Origin: a virus
DNA length: 64,000 bases
IMG/VR virus record: IMGVR_UViG_3300026521_000161
Span: 1 to 64,000 of that record
Direction: 5' to 3' (one strand)
Part shown: one piece after another, positions 20,398 through 31,098 of the stretch
Numbering within the stretch: position 1 is the first letter of the stretch
Layout of the letters: the number at the start of each line of letters is the position of its first letter
Position numbers and translations under genes: made by a program
Notes under the pieces: model-generated
Databases searched by the model: none
What the model was told of the DNA's origin: nothing
Seen by the model: only the letters and a program-made list of their open reading frames with translations

Positions 20398-21684
20398 CTA
20401 CCACGGTGCTCTATCATAAGAACGACCATATCCACCTCTTGCTGGACGCTTCTCTTCCCATGGATCATCCGCTATAGGGATAGATCTCCTAGCATATGGA
20501 TCTCTCGCTGGAGCTACTGGATTCCTATGTGAATTAGGGAATAATGGTTCTCTAGGCGGTTCCGTACGCGGAGGCTCTCTATGAACTGGTTCTAATCTTC
20601 TAGGTGGTTCAGGAGCTCTTCTCTGTAAAAGAGGTTCATCTTTTGGTAAAGTATTCTGAGTTGCTCTATCCCAGAAACTTCCTGACTTAGGGGCAGGTTT
20701 CTCTTCTAATGGGTTAACTCTTTCAACAACAGCCGGTCTTTTATCTACGATAGATTCTTTTGGTACTCTACGTACTTCTGATTCTAAATCATCTATGTAC
20801 CCACCTAGTGCTTCTATCTTAACTGGCAATGGGTTTAATGTTAATGATTCCTCGATATCACTCTCAACGCCATTAGCAATGATAGAATCAATGATCGGTC
20901 TTAATCTTTTGTATAGACTATCATAAGCTATAAGTAACGTGTGTAGTGATGGTGATTTTTTGTTAAGGCTACCGAATTGGTTAACATCTTTCGGCTCTAA
21001 TGTAACAAACATGTAGTTAAAGAGTGCTTCTATAGTATCTATATCAGCTTTTCTTAATTTATGGTCTAAGAACTTTTTCTCTTTTCTACCGATAGCTTCT
21101 TCAAACTTCTCCATAAATGGATAAGTGATAGTTCCTACTCTGTTGTATTTAACACCATCTATAACACCACCCTTCTTAATGTATATCTTAACATACCTAT
21201 GATCTTGTCTAGATATGATCTTTTCATATAGGTTAACCCATAGAGCTACAGTTTTGTTATCTACAAGTTGTTTGCGGTTAGAAGTTTTGTTTTTGCTTAA
21301 AACATTAACAAACTTGATGAGCTCCATGTCATCCATTTTAGAATTATCCTCTGTCATAATAGATAACATGCTAATACCAATGTTACCTATAACAGATAAC
21401 ATCTTAAGCTCTATAATATTTTTAAGCTTAGTGAAACCTTCATTTGTGCCCTTCATAACATCCTCTTCTAGAGGATTGAAAAGCACCTTAACAGGTGTAG
21501 GTGTACCGTTAACTAACTCTACAGTAGTGTTAACATTTTCATCTGTAGGTAGGTATAATGGAACACCTTTAATATCTAATGGTTTTTTAATACCATGTGC
21601 CTGTACGTAAATAAGACCTTTATCATCAACTATTAGCCCTAGTGATTCAAGTAGATCTTTATAGAACTTACTTATTTCATTCAT
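20398..21684 (-). CDS. Hypothetical protein, phiKZ gp70-like, Pro/Arg-rich disordered C-terminus
   Basis: LYLPT..FNPLEED motif; synteny between gp69-like and gp71-like genes. Confidence 0.6.
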   Translation of the reverse strand: MNEISKFYKDLLESLGLIVDDKGLIYVQAHGIKKPLDIKGVPLYLPTDENVNTTVELVNGTPTPVKVLFNPLEEDVMKGTNEGFTKLKNIIELKMLSVIGNIGISMLSIMTEDNSKMDDMELIKFVNVLSKNKTSNRKQLVDNKTVALWVNLYEKIISRQDHRYVKIYIKKGGVIDGVKYNRVGTITYPFMEKFEEAIGRKEKKFLDHKLRKADIDTIEALFNYMFVTLEPKDVNQFGSLNKKSPSLHTLLIAYDSLYKRLRPIIDSIIANGVESDIEESLTLNPLPVKIEALGGYIDDLESEVRRVPKESIVDKRPAVVERVNPLEEKPAPKSGSFWDRATQNTLPKDEPLLQRRAPEPPRRLEPVHREPPRTEPPREPLFPNSHRNPVAPARDPYARRSIPIADDPWEEKRPARGGYGRSYDRAPW

Positions 21685-21706
21685 TGTTTTTCCTTTTTAT
21701 AATTTG

Positions 21707-23206
21707 TTATACTCTATATAACTTTTCTTCAGTTATGATAGGTGGTCTATTTTGCTGGTTCATAGCATTACCAACTGTACCTAGAGTAGCTTCTATAAGA
21801 GTGTTGTAATCTTCTGTTAAAACATCAAGATCTTTGTTCTCCATGATAACAGGTAAGAATTTAGAGTTACTAAATGTAGGATACTTATACGTTATAGGCG
21901 GTCTCCCATCTAGAGTGATGATGATAGTTGTTTTTGATTCTAACATACCCATAACAAGTAAACTAACTATAGTGTTATTGTTGTTTGTGATAGTATTCCA
22001 GGCTCTCTGGATAAATGATGTTACAAACATATTAGCAGCAGTTACTAAATCATAATTTTCTATAAAGCTACCGCTATCTAGAATATGTGCATCTGGCTCG
22101 CCTTTGTAATTATCGATTTCAAACACTATACTATTTAAAGCTGATTTATCTAGTATAGCAACAACAGCTTCTAACGCTACTAACGACATCCTTGTTTCTA
22201 AACTACTATCATATGTATCAGCACTATCCTCTGTAAACAGTTCTCTCGGTAGATCATAATTTGTAACGCCGTCATTGATCCCAATAACTGTCTCTATGAT
22301 ATTGTTAATGTTAGGCTCTATAAGAGCTAAATCACCTAATGTGAAATCTTCACTTCTACCTTTTATATCTAGTATAGTCTTAAAGAAATCTACGTTATAG
22401 ATAGATGGTTCTGATAAGTTACCTACCATGGAAGATACAACATCACCGTTCTCACCAAGATAACCAACATTACGTTTAGCATCTATAGCATTTTTGATAG
22501 TTGTCGCAACATGATCATTTGGTAATAATGATGTTTTATTCACTAGCTCATGAGAGTTAACGCTACCGACATTACTCATAGCCACAACGCTCTCATCCTC
22601 GTCTAGATCCATAACAGAAGCTATGTTCATAGTTATATCTGACGGTCTAGCAAGCTTCTTACTTTCATAGGCGTTATTAACCTCTCTAGTTTCGTCATGT
22701 ACGACATTATAGCTCTCTAGTGGAACTGTGTGTACTCTACCTGAAACGGAATCTACATAACGTTTTAGTTTAAGAACACTATTTGTAAAAAATCTCATAT
22801 TTTCATCTAGATGGTCGCTTCTAGATATACCTAAGTACTCTGTATAGCCTTGTATATAGTTTATAACACTTGCACTACTTCCTGATTGAGACATCTCTAC
22901 TATAAGAACAAACTTAAACCTACGCTCACCCCAACCATTTATGATATTAGCTTTACCAGAAACCATAGCACTAGGAGCTAGTATATTAGGCATCTCGTTA
23001 GCCATCATTCCTTGGATAGCGTTAGTATTAGTAGTAGCTAATGATCTAGCTACTATATCCTCAACTCTACTAACATCATCGTGACCTAAGTCCATCTCAT
23101 ATGGACGATGCCACATATCTTTACTACCTTCTGCTTCTACTAATAATAACTTTAAAATCCTAACTGTTGGCTTAATCTCTTGTGGTCTATATCTACTCAT
23201 AAACAC
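21707..23206 (-). CDS. picA: Probable phage-nucleus import factor PicA/Imp1 (phiKZ gp69-like)
   Basis: RPY, IINGWGERRFKF, IQGYTEY motifs as recalled; lies directly downstream of gp68-like gene. Confidence 0.6.
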   Translation of the reverse strand: MFMSRYRPQEIKPTVRILKLLLVEAEGSKDMWHRPYEMDLGHDDVSRVEDIVARSLATTNTNAIQGMMANEMPNILAPSAMVSGKANIINGWGERRFKFVLIVEMSQSGSSASVINYIQGYTEYLGISRSDHLDENMRFFTNSVLKLKRYVDSVSGRVHTVPLESYNVVHDETREVNNAYESKKLARPSDITMNIASVMDLDEDESVVAMSNVGSVNSHELVNKTSLLPNDHVATTIKNAIDAKRNVGYLGENGDVVSSMVGNLSEPSIYNVDFFKTILDIKGRSEDFTLGDLALIEPNINNIIETVIGINDGVTNYDLPRELFTEDSADTYDSSLETRMSLVALEAVVAILDKSALNSIVFEIDNYKGEPDAHILDSGSFIENYDLVTAANMFVTSFIQRAWNTITNNNNTIVSLLVMGMLESKTTIIITLDGRPPITYKYPTFSNSKFLPVIMENKDLDVLTEDYNTLIEATLGTVGNAMNQQNRPPIITEEKLYRV

Positions 23207-23245
23207 TCCTTTATCATTTTTACTTTTTTAGTACTAAGTACTTAC

Positions 23246-23255
23246 TTAATAATAT
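23246..23255 (-). promoter_or_regulatory. Putative early promoter ATATTATTAA
   Basis: Shared motif upstream of picA-like gene. Confidence 0.6.
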
Positions 23256-23281
23256 ATCGTGATAATATATTAGAACTTAAC

Positions 23282-24826
23282 TTACTCATCTTCAACGTGT
23301 CCATCATTAATAAAGATTATGTATCTAGCTAACCTGTTCTTTATGGTTTCATCCATTAAAACATTTCTACTACCGTTATTACCTTCATCTAGATATCTTT
23401 TTGGTAGTATTGAAACTAAATTATACCCCATAAGATTCTTAGATAGTAACGTTATAGTTTCATCTATAGAACTTGTCTCTGTATTACCCTCTGGACCAAC
23501 TATAACCTTTTTGTAAGGAAATATTCTATCCAACTCATCTCTAACATTTTGTTTAAGCTTATTCCTTAGTGAGAAGTTAACTTTAAAGTTATCTACAGAT
23601 GATGAGAATGAACTAAGTATTAAAGCTATATCTCTGTAACCTTTTTCCCATAGATATAAAAATGCTACTGCTAAAGCATTTATAAGTTCATCTATAACCA
23701 AATGATCAAAGGCTCTCGGATCTATTATATCTTTAAATACATATGATGCTAAGTACAACGATTCATTTATAGGGAGCGGTTCTTCTAATTTACGAAACAT
23801 GTCCACCATCTCATATATAACATCATCAGAAACATTAAGTCCAAGATTCCTACTTAACTCTATAGGACACTTAAACTCATTTCTAAACTCCAAAATAGAA
23901 CCAGGTGGTAATGTAGTTGGTGTTCTATATGATTCCATAACAGACTCACTCTCACCACTATCATCTTCTCCGTTCATAATGTGTTTAATGCGAACCTCTG
24001 ATGCATTATCCTTAAGCTTTATTTTGTTACTAGCAAAATGATATATTTTTGTTACAGTATTTCTACTATCTGTATCTGATAATTCAGAATTCACTAATAG
24101 CTTTTGTATTGTAACATAAGCTGTTATATATGTAGGAAAAGTATCCTTATCTATAGTGCGTTCTATAAGACGAATAGCCGTGTTGTCCCTATCTGAAAAT
24201 AAACGTTCTATAAGTTTATGTATACCATCATACACTTTTTGAAATGCAGGCGTTCTAAATATACTATGCGACGCATAAAATGTAAATAGGATATATTCTC
24301 TATAATCATTTTTAGCTAGAACATCGCTTTTTATACTCGCGTACTCACCAACTATGCCTAATGTTGATTTTAATATAGTTATAAGCGCTATAAGTTCCAT
24401 ATAGTCTCTCTTGAGATACGTTTGCTCTCTAGTACCCTTTTCATCTAACTCTATAAGTTTATCATATTTATCGGCTAGGTTTGTAGGGACTCTAACTAGA
24501 CCAGTTGATTTAATATAATCATAAACATCGTTAAAATCAAACATATTTAAAACATCGTGAACTATGTGTAACGGCATAGGATCAACATCTCTTATAGACG
24601 TTTGTAATAATAATTCATTACTAGAATTTAGTAATGTTTTATAAAGTTCACTAGCAAATGCATTACCCTTATAGGCAATATATCCATTCAGTAATTTGAA
24701 CATTGTTTCAGGGATTATCTCATCCTTGAGCCTCTTATTGATTGTGTCTATTGTAAAGTTTACAACATTATCTTTGTATGTGTATCTAACTGTAGTTTCA
24801 GCAACAGTCGATATGAATTCAAACAT
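23282..24826 (-). CDS. nvRNAP fifth (sigma-like) subunit, phiKZ gp68-like
   Basis: 514 aa, GTREQTYLKRDY and ESVMESYR motifs, synteny. Confidence 0.7.
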   Translation of the reverse strand: MFEFISTVAETTVRYTYKDNVVNFTIDTINKRLKDEIIPETMFKLLNGYIAYKGNAFASELYKTLLNSSNELLLQTSIRDVDPMPLHIVHDVLNMFDFNDVYDYIKSTGLVRVPTNLADKYDKLIELDEKGTREQTYLKRDYMELIALITILKSTLGIVGEYASIKSDVLAKNDYREYILFTFYASHSIFRTPAFQKVYDGIHKLIERLFSDRDNTAIRLIERTIDKDTFPTYITAYVTIQKLLVNSELSDTDSRNTVTKIYHFASNKIKLKDNASEVRIKHIMNGEDDSGESESVMESYRTPTTLPPGSILEFRNEFKCPIELSRNLGLNVSDDVIYEMVDMFRKLEEPLPINESLYLASYVFKDIIDPRAFDHLVIDELINALAVAFLYLWEKGYRDIALILSSFSSSVDNFKVNFSLRNKLKQNVRDELDRIFPYKKVIVGPEGNTETSSIDETITLLSKNLMGYNLVSILPKRYLDEGNNGSRNVLMDETIKNRLARYIIFINDGHVEDE

Positions 24827-24868
24827 ACATACTCCTTCATATATTTAAAATTAGTACATTGTACTATA

Positions 24869-24878
24869 TTAATAATAT
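24869..24878 (-). promoter_or_regulatory. Putative early promoter ATATTATTAA with TAGTAC-N3-GTACTA leader hairpin
   Basis: Shared motif. Confidence 0.65.
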
Positions 24879-24925
24879 GGTTATGAAAAAAAATAGAAAA
24901 GAACTATAGAGATACATATGTATCT

Positions 24926-25588
24926 CTATAGGCTACCGAGCATGTCGTCTAAATCATCACCGCTATTAACATTGTTAGCGGGTTGTTGTTTTTGATAAGG
25001 TTTTTTATTGTAACCTTTATTGTTCTCTTCATCGTCTTTACGTAGATTGTTTACTTCAGGTAGGCTCGATAAAACATGCTCGAAAGAACGATAATAAGCT
25101 TTTGTCCATCTCTCAGAAAGTTCCTTTTTATCCTCTACTTTCTTACCTTTAACATATATGTCTAAATATGGCGTCGGTATTAGAGGGAATACTTTCTTAA
25201 CATTATCTTTTGTGATAACGAATACCAAGTTAACTACCTCTTTAGCTGCATTCTCCATTCTAGCTAAACCTATTTTACCCATAAGAGTTCTATCATGCGG
25301 GATGCGTTCTTTTGTGTTTGGATCCCATTTAGGGCCATACATATCGAAGCTAATGCTGTAACCAACATCACGAGTATTTAAAACTTCTAACTCGTCTAAG
25401 AATGCTCTTGCATAAATAAACATGAATGGCATGTTGATAAGATTCCTACTCTTTTTACCATTCTCACTACTTTCCTTAACATAGATGCGTAGTATCTCTT
25501 TATACACACCAAAATTAAGTACTTCATAATTACCTTCTTTAAGCTCTTTATAGAGAGTTAACTTCCCTAGTGCTATATCTGATTTCAT
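24926..25588 (-). CDS. Hypothetical protein, gp67-like; SSB-like acidic tail
   Basis: Q/N-rich linker and DDLDD C-terminus; synteny. Confidence 0.55.
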   Translation of the reverse strand: MKSDIALGKLTLYKELKEGNYEVLNFGVYKEILRIYVKESSENGKKSRNLINMPFMFIYARAFLDELEVLNTRDVGYSISFDMYGPKWDPNTKERIPHDRTLMGKIGLARMENAAKEVVNLVFVITKDNVKKVFPLIPTPYLDIYVKGKKVEDKKELSERWTKAYYRSFEHVLSSLPEVNNLRKDDEENNKGYNKKPYQKQQPANNVNSGDDLDDMLGSL

Positions 25589-25626
25589 CTTTTATCCTTG
25601 TTTTCATATTCAATTGTTTTACATAA

Positions 25627-26448
25627 CTAGAAAAATAGTTTAAAGCTAAACTTCTTCTTCTCCTCTGGTGTCTTGGTATTCCTCATTATTGCCGATAATA
25701 TACTATGTGGGTTAAGTCCTTGATACCATCCTAACTTCTTAGCTATTTCATATACGAAACGTTTTGTCGCTATAGATTCAGATTTAACAAATTCTTTATC
25801 CCCGAATATCCTATAAGTAACCTCGTTAAATGGTATAATAGACATATCATATTTACCAAACTTTTTTAATTTAGTATACCACATATTATTATCTTTCATA
25901 TCACCTGTATGTGATTCTATTAAGATAACATCTTTCTTATCTCGTAATGGCAATAAATCTAGACCTATATGTGTTATAATAAACATATTTTTTTCATATG
26001 GTAATTTAGGCCCATACTTCTTATATATACCTGGTATGTTATTCTTTAGTTTGTTAACAGCGGCATCTTGTGTTGTTGCTATATAATATTTTAAACCCTT
26101 AAACTCCATAGGTGTTTTAAAGTTACCCATAATTTTAGACATCCTAGTATAGTCTAACTCATAAACAGTAACCTTAATATTATTGGTCATGGCAGCATTA
26201 ACCATTGTTAACGTATCCTCTATGAAAAGCTTAAATATAGCATCTAGTGTAGATCTAGATTTAAATAACCTTAGTTTATCATCATTACTACCATCCAAAC
26301 ACGATACAAAATTACGATATAACGTATATGCGTTTATATATAGGTGTTTATCATTATTATCATAATCCATTAGCTGTTCCAATGGAGTAGAAGTAACAAC
26401 ATTAAAACCTAAGTCACCTATTGCGTCACTATTTATTTTTATCTGCAT
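25627..26448 (-). CDS. gp66-like protein, possible 5'-3' exonuclease/PIN-like fold
   Basis: YIN.YTLYRN, TH..DLL, LIESHTG, FGD motifs. Confidence 0.55.
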   Translation of the reverse strand: MQIKINSDAIGDLGFNVVTSTPLEQLMDYDNNDKHLYINAYTLYRNFVSCLDGSNDDKLRLFKSRSTLDAIFKLFIEDTLTMVNAAMTNNIKVTVYELDYTRMSKIMGNFKTPMEFKGLKYYIATTQDAAVNKLKNNIPGIYKKYGPKLPYEKNMFIITHIGLDLLPLRDKKDVILIESHTGDMKDNNMWYTKLKKFGKYDMSIIPFNEVTYRIFGDKEFVKSESIATKRFVYEIAKKLGWYQGLNPHSILSAIMRNTKTPEEKKKFSFKLFF

Positions 26449-26674
26449 CTCTGAACACTCCTTTAACAGAAGCTATACATTTAGTAAAATTATCTGTCTC
26501 TACATCTAAATCACCATACCATGTTATGGTTAACTTACGTCTTTTTATAGAATACTTAAATCTATCTACACAGTAACCGTATTGCTTAGATATAAATTTG
26601 ATTAAGCGTTTCTGGTGATCTGTTGGTACCTTTACTACAAATGTATACTCCGTTTCATTTATCTCTTCTTCCAA
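26429..26674 (-). CDS. Small hypothetical protein
   Basis: 81-aa ORF with AGGAG SD, fits operon. Confidence 0.5.
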   Translation of the reverse strand: MEEEINETEYTFVVKVPTDHQKRLIKFISKQYGYCVDRFKYSIKRRKLTITWYGDLDVETDNFTKCIASVKGVFRDADKNK

Positions 26675-26683
26675 GATATACTC

Positions 26684-27775
26684 CTATAATTTCTCTATAA
26701 TAGAGATCTCTTCTTTCATAATACCTAATGTATCACGGTCGACTTTAGAAGATATATAATCTATAATATATCTTTTATCTAAAACACTTTTTGTATGTTC
26801 ACGTTTCTCTTTTTTAAGAATCGATACTTTATCATTCTTCTCCTTCTTAACTGTTACTTTAATATTAACATAATCTTTAGCAAATTCTGTTATGGATTCA
26901 CTTAGTTTATTATTAATACCTACTAAGAAACGTATGAAAACTCTATTGTACTTCTTATGCTTATTCAGTATTTTTTTAACGTCATCTATAGTTTTATCCC
27001 TTACATCAAATGTAAAAAACTTTAACGCATTCTCATTATCAAGATACTTATAATCCCACTTATGGTTACCTTCATCATACTTTATATAAAGTCCCCCTTT
27101 CTTTTCATTATCATCACTATGACTAAGACTATCAAAACTTCCTGGTATAATAATATTCTTATACCTAGAACGTATGTGCACGTGGCCTGTTATAATGGGT
27201 CCGTGTGCTAGTTTAGTATATAGTTTAGGATCATGAGTATGGTCTAAGAAGTCTGGTAACTGGTAACTAAAAGCACCATGCATAATTATTATGTCTACTT
27301 TAGTTAAATTCTTTTCTTTTAACTTAGCTATAACATCTAAATAAACATCCGATAATTTAGTCTTCCATTCGTCTGGTATATATAGAACATTTATATTAAG
27401 TTCTTCTATATACTCTATATCAAGAATATCGAAGTATTTAAAATTAGAATTTATATTAAGTTTACTCATCATACTGTAAAGTAATTTAGCCTGCCCCCAA
27501 TCATGAGACGGCGTCCCTTCTAATATCCTTAATATTATACCGTACTTTTCACAAAGTATAACTAGCTCTGTAAGCCATTCATAAGCTAAGTGATAATCAG
27601 CTGAATTTGTAGTTAATAATCGATCAAAAATATCCCCTGATATAGTTAAAAGATCTAATGTCTTTAAATATTTATCATATACTTTAAAAAACGTTCTTAA
27701 ATTATCTACAATATTTTCTGTTTTATTCTTGTCATGTCCTAAATGTATATCTGATAGATTAAGTATATTAACCAT
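26684..27775 (-). CDS. sbcD: SbcD/Mre11-like metallophosphoesterase nuclease (gp65-like)
   Basis: SDIHLG, GDIFD, GTPSHD, MHG, GHVH, PGS motifs. Confidence 0.85.
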   Translation of the reverse strand: MVNILNLSDIHLGHDKNKTENIVDNLRTFFKVYDKYLKTLDLLTISGDIFDRLLTTNSADYHLAYEWLTELVILCEKYGIILRILEGTPSHDWGQAKLLYSMMSKLNINSNFKYFDILDIEYIEELNINVLYIPDEWKTKLSDVYLDVIAKLKEKNLTKVDIIIMHGAFSYQLPDFLDHTHDPKLYTKLAHGPIITGHVHIRSRYKNIIIPGSFDSLSHSDDNEKKGGLYIKYDEGNHKWDYKYLDNENALKFFTFDVRDKTIDDVKKILNKHKKYNRVFIRFLVGINNKLSESITEFAKDYVNIKVTVKKEKNDKVSILKKEKREHTKSVLDKRYIIDYISSKVDRDTLGIMKEEISIIEKL

Positions 27776-27828
27776 AGTAGCTCCTTATCAAACTAGTTTG
27801 AATAGCGTAAAAAATTATAGGAGGACTT

Positions 27829-28233
27829 ATGAGTAAAAAGATAGTTCCAACATTATCCTTAGATGGATACGTACAAGATGAGAATGTGATGATGAGTAAA
27901 ATATATGAATATTTCTTATTAACACAATACTCACAAAGTTATCTATATGGTGGGTATATAGAAAGTTATGATAAATCTATCAAGGCTACTACCGCATTGG
28001 GTTCTGAGGTTGAAGCGGCTTTAGAGAACTCCTTATACAGGTTATATGATAAATACTTTACAGATGTTGAGCCAACTGTAAAACTTGAAGATGAGGATGG
28101 TTTATATAAATTAACTATAGACGTCAGTTGCGTCGGCGCTAATGGTGATAAATTATATTTATCTAAAGCTATGACTATTACCGATGGTAAAATTAACGAA
28201 ATAGCTGGTATACTAGACTATTTTAATTCTTAG
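27829..28233 (+). CDS. Conserved hypothetical, possible baseplate wedge gp25-like
   Basis: VPTLSLDGY..YFL...SQS N-terminus; strong SD. Confidence 0.55.
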   Translation: MSKKIVPTLSLDGYVQDENVMMSKIYEYFLLTQYSQSYLYGGYIESYDKSIKATTALGSEVEAALENSLYRLYDKYFTDVEPTVKLEDEDGLYKLTIDVSCVGANGDKLYLSKAMTITDGKINEIAGILDYFNS

Positions 28234-28242
28234 GAGGAAATT

Positions 28243-28827
28243 ATGAATGAACTGGATAAAGTAGCTGACGCTATGGCTGAAAATGAAAAAGAAGAGATAG
28301 CCTCGTTTAGTAAAGTTATAGCAAGCTTAAAAAACGAAGATAAGACTATAAATATGTATGATTTTGAATTATACTTTTTACCGTATATAATCGGAGAGAT
28401 AGCTAGAACTGATGAGAATAAAGCTGTGTACATCTCTAACTTTTTAAGAGTAACAGAATCACATCATATTGGTATAGCTGTTGTTAATGGAGAGAATGAG
28501 GTTGTATTTAAGCTACCGCCACTTATAACAGATAGTGATGTTAGTGAGTTAAGTAACATAGCATTTAATCGAGTAATGAAACAAGTTAGAGCATATTCGG
28601 ATAGTAATCCATGGAAAGCCGATGCTATCATGAAGAATGTAACTAACGAAGTGATAAGTAAAATGAAAGTTGATGACAGTAAAGGTTATTTAGAGGATTT
28701 AATAAAGATATATAAAACTTATCCAGATAGAGTTAATAAAGTTATTTTAAGAGATGGCGAACTTATTATTAAAGACAATAAACAACAAACAACGCAAGAA
28801 GATGAAGAAGAACTATTCGACTACTAA
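28243..28827 (+). CDS. Conserved hypothetical protein
   Basis: 194-aa ORF with SD; F..YFLP and VVFKLPPL motifs. Confidence 0.6.
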   Translation: MNELDKVADAMAENEKEEIASFSKVIASLKNEDKTINMYDFELYFLPYIIGEIARTDENKAVYISNFLRVTESHHIGIAVVNGENEVVFKLPPLITDSDVSELSNIAFNRVMKQVRAYSDSNPWKADAIMKNVTNEVISKMKVDDSKGYLEDLIKIYKTYPDRVNKVILRDGELIIKDNKQQTTQEDEEELFDY

Positions 28828-28833
28828 CGCTAC

Positions 28834-29154
28834 TCATTGTAGCGTTAGTGCGATTGTATACCCTTTTCCTACTTTTTCATTATCTACATACGAGACAGAG
28901 AATCTGTATAAATCATTATCTAACATAAGTTCTACTATATAACCTCTATTATCTTCTAATTTAAAACTACTATCTATAGCCTTAACTATTAATCTTTTAA
29001 CAATCACAATTAATAACTCATTATTGTCTGGAGCTAAGAATAAGTCTGATGGAACAATATTGTCTATCTGTTCTTTTATATACTTACGTAACGCATGTTT
29101 ATCTTTAACAACACATTTTATTTTATCTTTAACGGGTTCACTTACTAATAACAT
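28834..29154 (-). CDS. Hypothetical protein
   Basis: 106-aa ORF translationally coupled to upstream gene. Confidence 0.55.
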   Translation of the reverse strand: MLLVSEPVKDKIKCVVKDKHALRKYIKEQIDNIVPSDLFLAPDNNELLIVIVKRLIVKAIDSSFKLEDNRGYIVELMLDNDLYRFSVSYVDNEKVGKGYTIALTLQ

Positions 29155-30530
29155 TATTTCTCCTTAATTCTTCTAAATAGCCCAGCTATCGCTACGACCG
29201 TAGCTTTATTAGCTATATCGTAATAATATTCAACAGCTTGAACTATACCTGTTGTCTCAGCAATTAATCCATCTTTATCAAAAATATATTTAAAAGGCAT
29301 ACCTGGATAAATAAAGTCGGGGTTTATTTTACCAAGTTTCATTATGCCCGGTATAACCTCTGTTCTATTAACAACTGATCTATATGTATATGCGTTATGA
29401 TCTAGATCTGTATCTATAACTGTATCAAATGTCTCTGGTTTATCCGTTAATGTTTCTAAACTATTGTGATCTTTATCAGAATATAAAACATCATCATTTG
29501 TTATATCATATCCTGAACTATCTAATATACTTTCTGTATCTGTTAAAGCTATAGTTTTACCAATGTTATATTGGTCTCCCTCATCACTATCTTTAAATGT
29601 TATGTCTGATATAACTAACTTAAACACGCCATCTTGGTAAAAGAAGTCACTATCATTAGTGGACATCTCTTTTACAGAAGGGCTTACTATAAGTAACTTA
29701 GGTCTTAATGTTTCCTTATCATATCTAGTAACATCATGCAATGGGAAAATCTCTATATCATAATTCTCACCAGTACCAAACAACCATTCAGGCTTATCTT
29801 TATTAGGACCAGAATTATATACTTTATACTCACCACCATACCTTATCTTAGTAAAATATATATTAATGCCATTATTATAAACACCGAACATCTCTTTTTG
29901 TAATATATAAGGAACTTTAATAAGTTTAGTAAATGGTTTTATTAAGATGTTTCTATATACATCTTTATTATCTGGTTCATACACCATTATTTTACTTTCT
30001 ACACCATGTATTTTTACTTCATAATTTATTAATGTGGACATGAATTGTTTTAAATTCATATCGTGATATATACCTGAGATATATTGGTTTTTTAAGTTTA
30101 GCGTTAACTTATCCACACATTCACCTTTTATAGTTAATAAATCTGACTCATCTTGTTCTGACTCATCTAGTTTATTGCTATGTGAGGTATTGACATCTGG
30201 ATTTTCAGTTAGAAGTATGAACTTATATCGTAGCTTACGTATAGCTTTATTATCGTAATTGAAAAGTAATGTTATTTCTAAATCGTCTCTCTTAGGGTAT
30301 ATAGTTTTAAAGTATGTACCTGCTGGCATCATGAACTCCACGAATAACACATCTGTTATGTTTGTACTAAAGTTCCTACTAACTCTTACATCTGTAACTA
30401 AATCTATAGGATAATCATCATCTTTATTATGTAATGTTACAGTTATTTTAGGCATTATGAAATGTCTTGGTTGGTTAAAGACATCGAACGCTACATTATC
30501 TATATTAGACTGTTGTTTTATTTTTATCAT
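29154..30530 (-). CDS. Virion structural protein, possible baseplate hub (gp101-like)
   Basis: LQ..FGVYNNG and NPDFIYPGMP motifs; structural block. Confidence 0.55.
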   Translation of the reverse strand: MIKIKQQSNIDNVAFDVFNQPRHFIMPKITVTLHNKDDDYPIDLVTDVRVSRNFSTNITDVLFVEFMMPAGTYFKTIYPKRDDLEITLLFNYDNKAIRKLRYKFILLTENPDVNTSHSNKLDESEQDESDLLTIKGECVDKLTLNLKNQYISGIYHDMNLKQFMSTLINYEVKIHGVESKIMVYEPDNKDVYRNILIKPFTKLIKVPYILQKEMFGVYNNGINIYFTKIRYGGEYKVYNSGPNKDKPEWLFGTGENYDIEIFPLHDVTRYDKETLRPKLLIVSPSVKEMSTNDSDFFYQDGVFKLVISDITFKDSDEGDQYNIGKTIALTDTESILDSSGYDITNDDVLYSDKDHNSLETLTDKPETFDTVIDTDLDHNAYTYRSVVNRTEVIPGIMKLGKINPDFIYPGMPFKYIFDKDGLIAETTGIVQAVEYYYDIANKATVVAIAGLFRRIKEK

Positions 30531-30539
30531 AATTTACCC

Positions 30540-31052
30540 TTAGAAAACTATATCTGATAGATCTATCATAGCTAACTTATTACTACGTTCAGCATAGTTA
30601 CCGGTTAACGTATCACTTAGACCTAATACTTTTGGTTTATCTTTTTCCATACGTCTTATTATTTTATCTTTATTTTGCTTAACTATAGACTCGTAAAAAT
30701 CATTAACATAATCATATACTTCTTTAGCTTCTTCAGATGCTTGATTTTCTAATCTGTCTAATATACTTTCTATAGATTTAGTTATCTTAAGTAAATCCTC
30801 TTTTCTAGTTATTGAAATAGAATAATCCTCGTGATATATATCTATAACTTTAGATAGTGGTAAGAATACTGTTTCTGGGTTGTTTAGTGATGCCTTCACT
30901 GCTTGACCGTTTATGAAGTCAACAGGCTCTCCATATAATTCTATCTCTGCTTCAGTAGTCACTGCTATCCTAGGAACAACTACAAAAACTTTTACTTTAT
31001 GCAATTCTTTAACTACTCTTTTAAATGTATGTGAATTAAATCCTATCATCAC
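30540..31052 (-). CDS. Conserved hypothetical protein (gp100-like position)
   Basis: 170-aa ORF with SD. Confidence 0.55.
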   Translation of the reverse strand: MMIGFNSHTFKRVVKELHKVKVFVVVPRIAVTTEAEIELYGEPVDFINGQAVKASLNNPETVFLPLSKVIDIYHEDYSISITRKEDLLKITKSIESILDRLENQASEEAKEVYDYVNDFYESIVKQNKDKIIRRMEKDKPKVLGLSDTLTGNYAERSNKLAMIDLSDIVF

Positions 31053-31098
31053 TTCTCCTTTTATTCAAAAGATACATAGGATGTGGTTTAACCACATC

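Noticed and set aside
26684-27775. SbcD without adjacent SbcC as a novel stand-alone nuclease
   Set aside because: Separation of sbcD and sbcC is usual in phiKZ-like phages; the partner is probably outside the window
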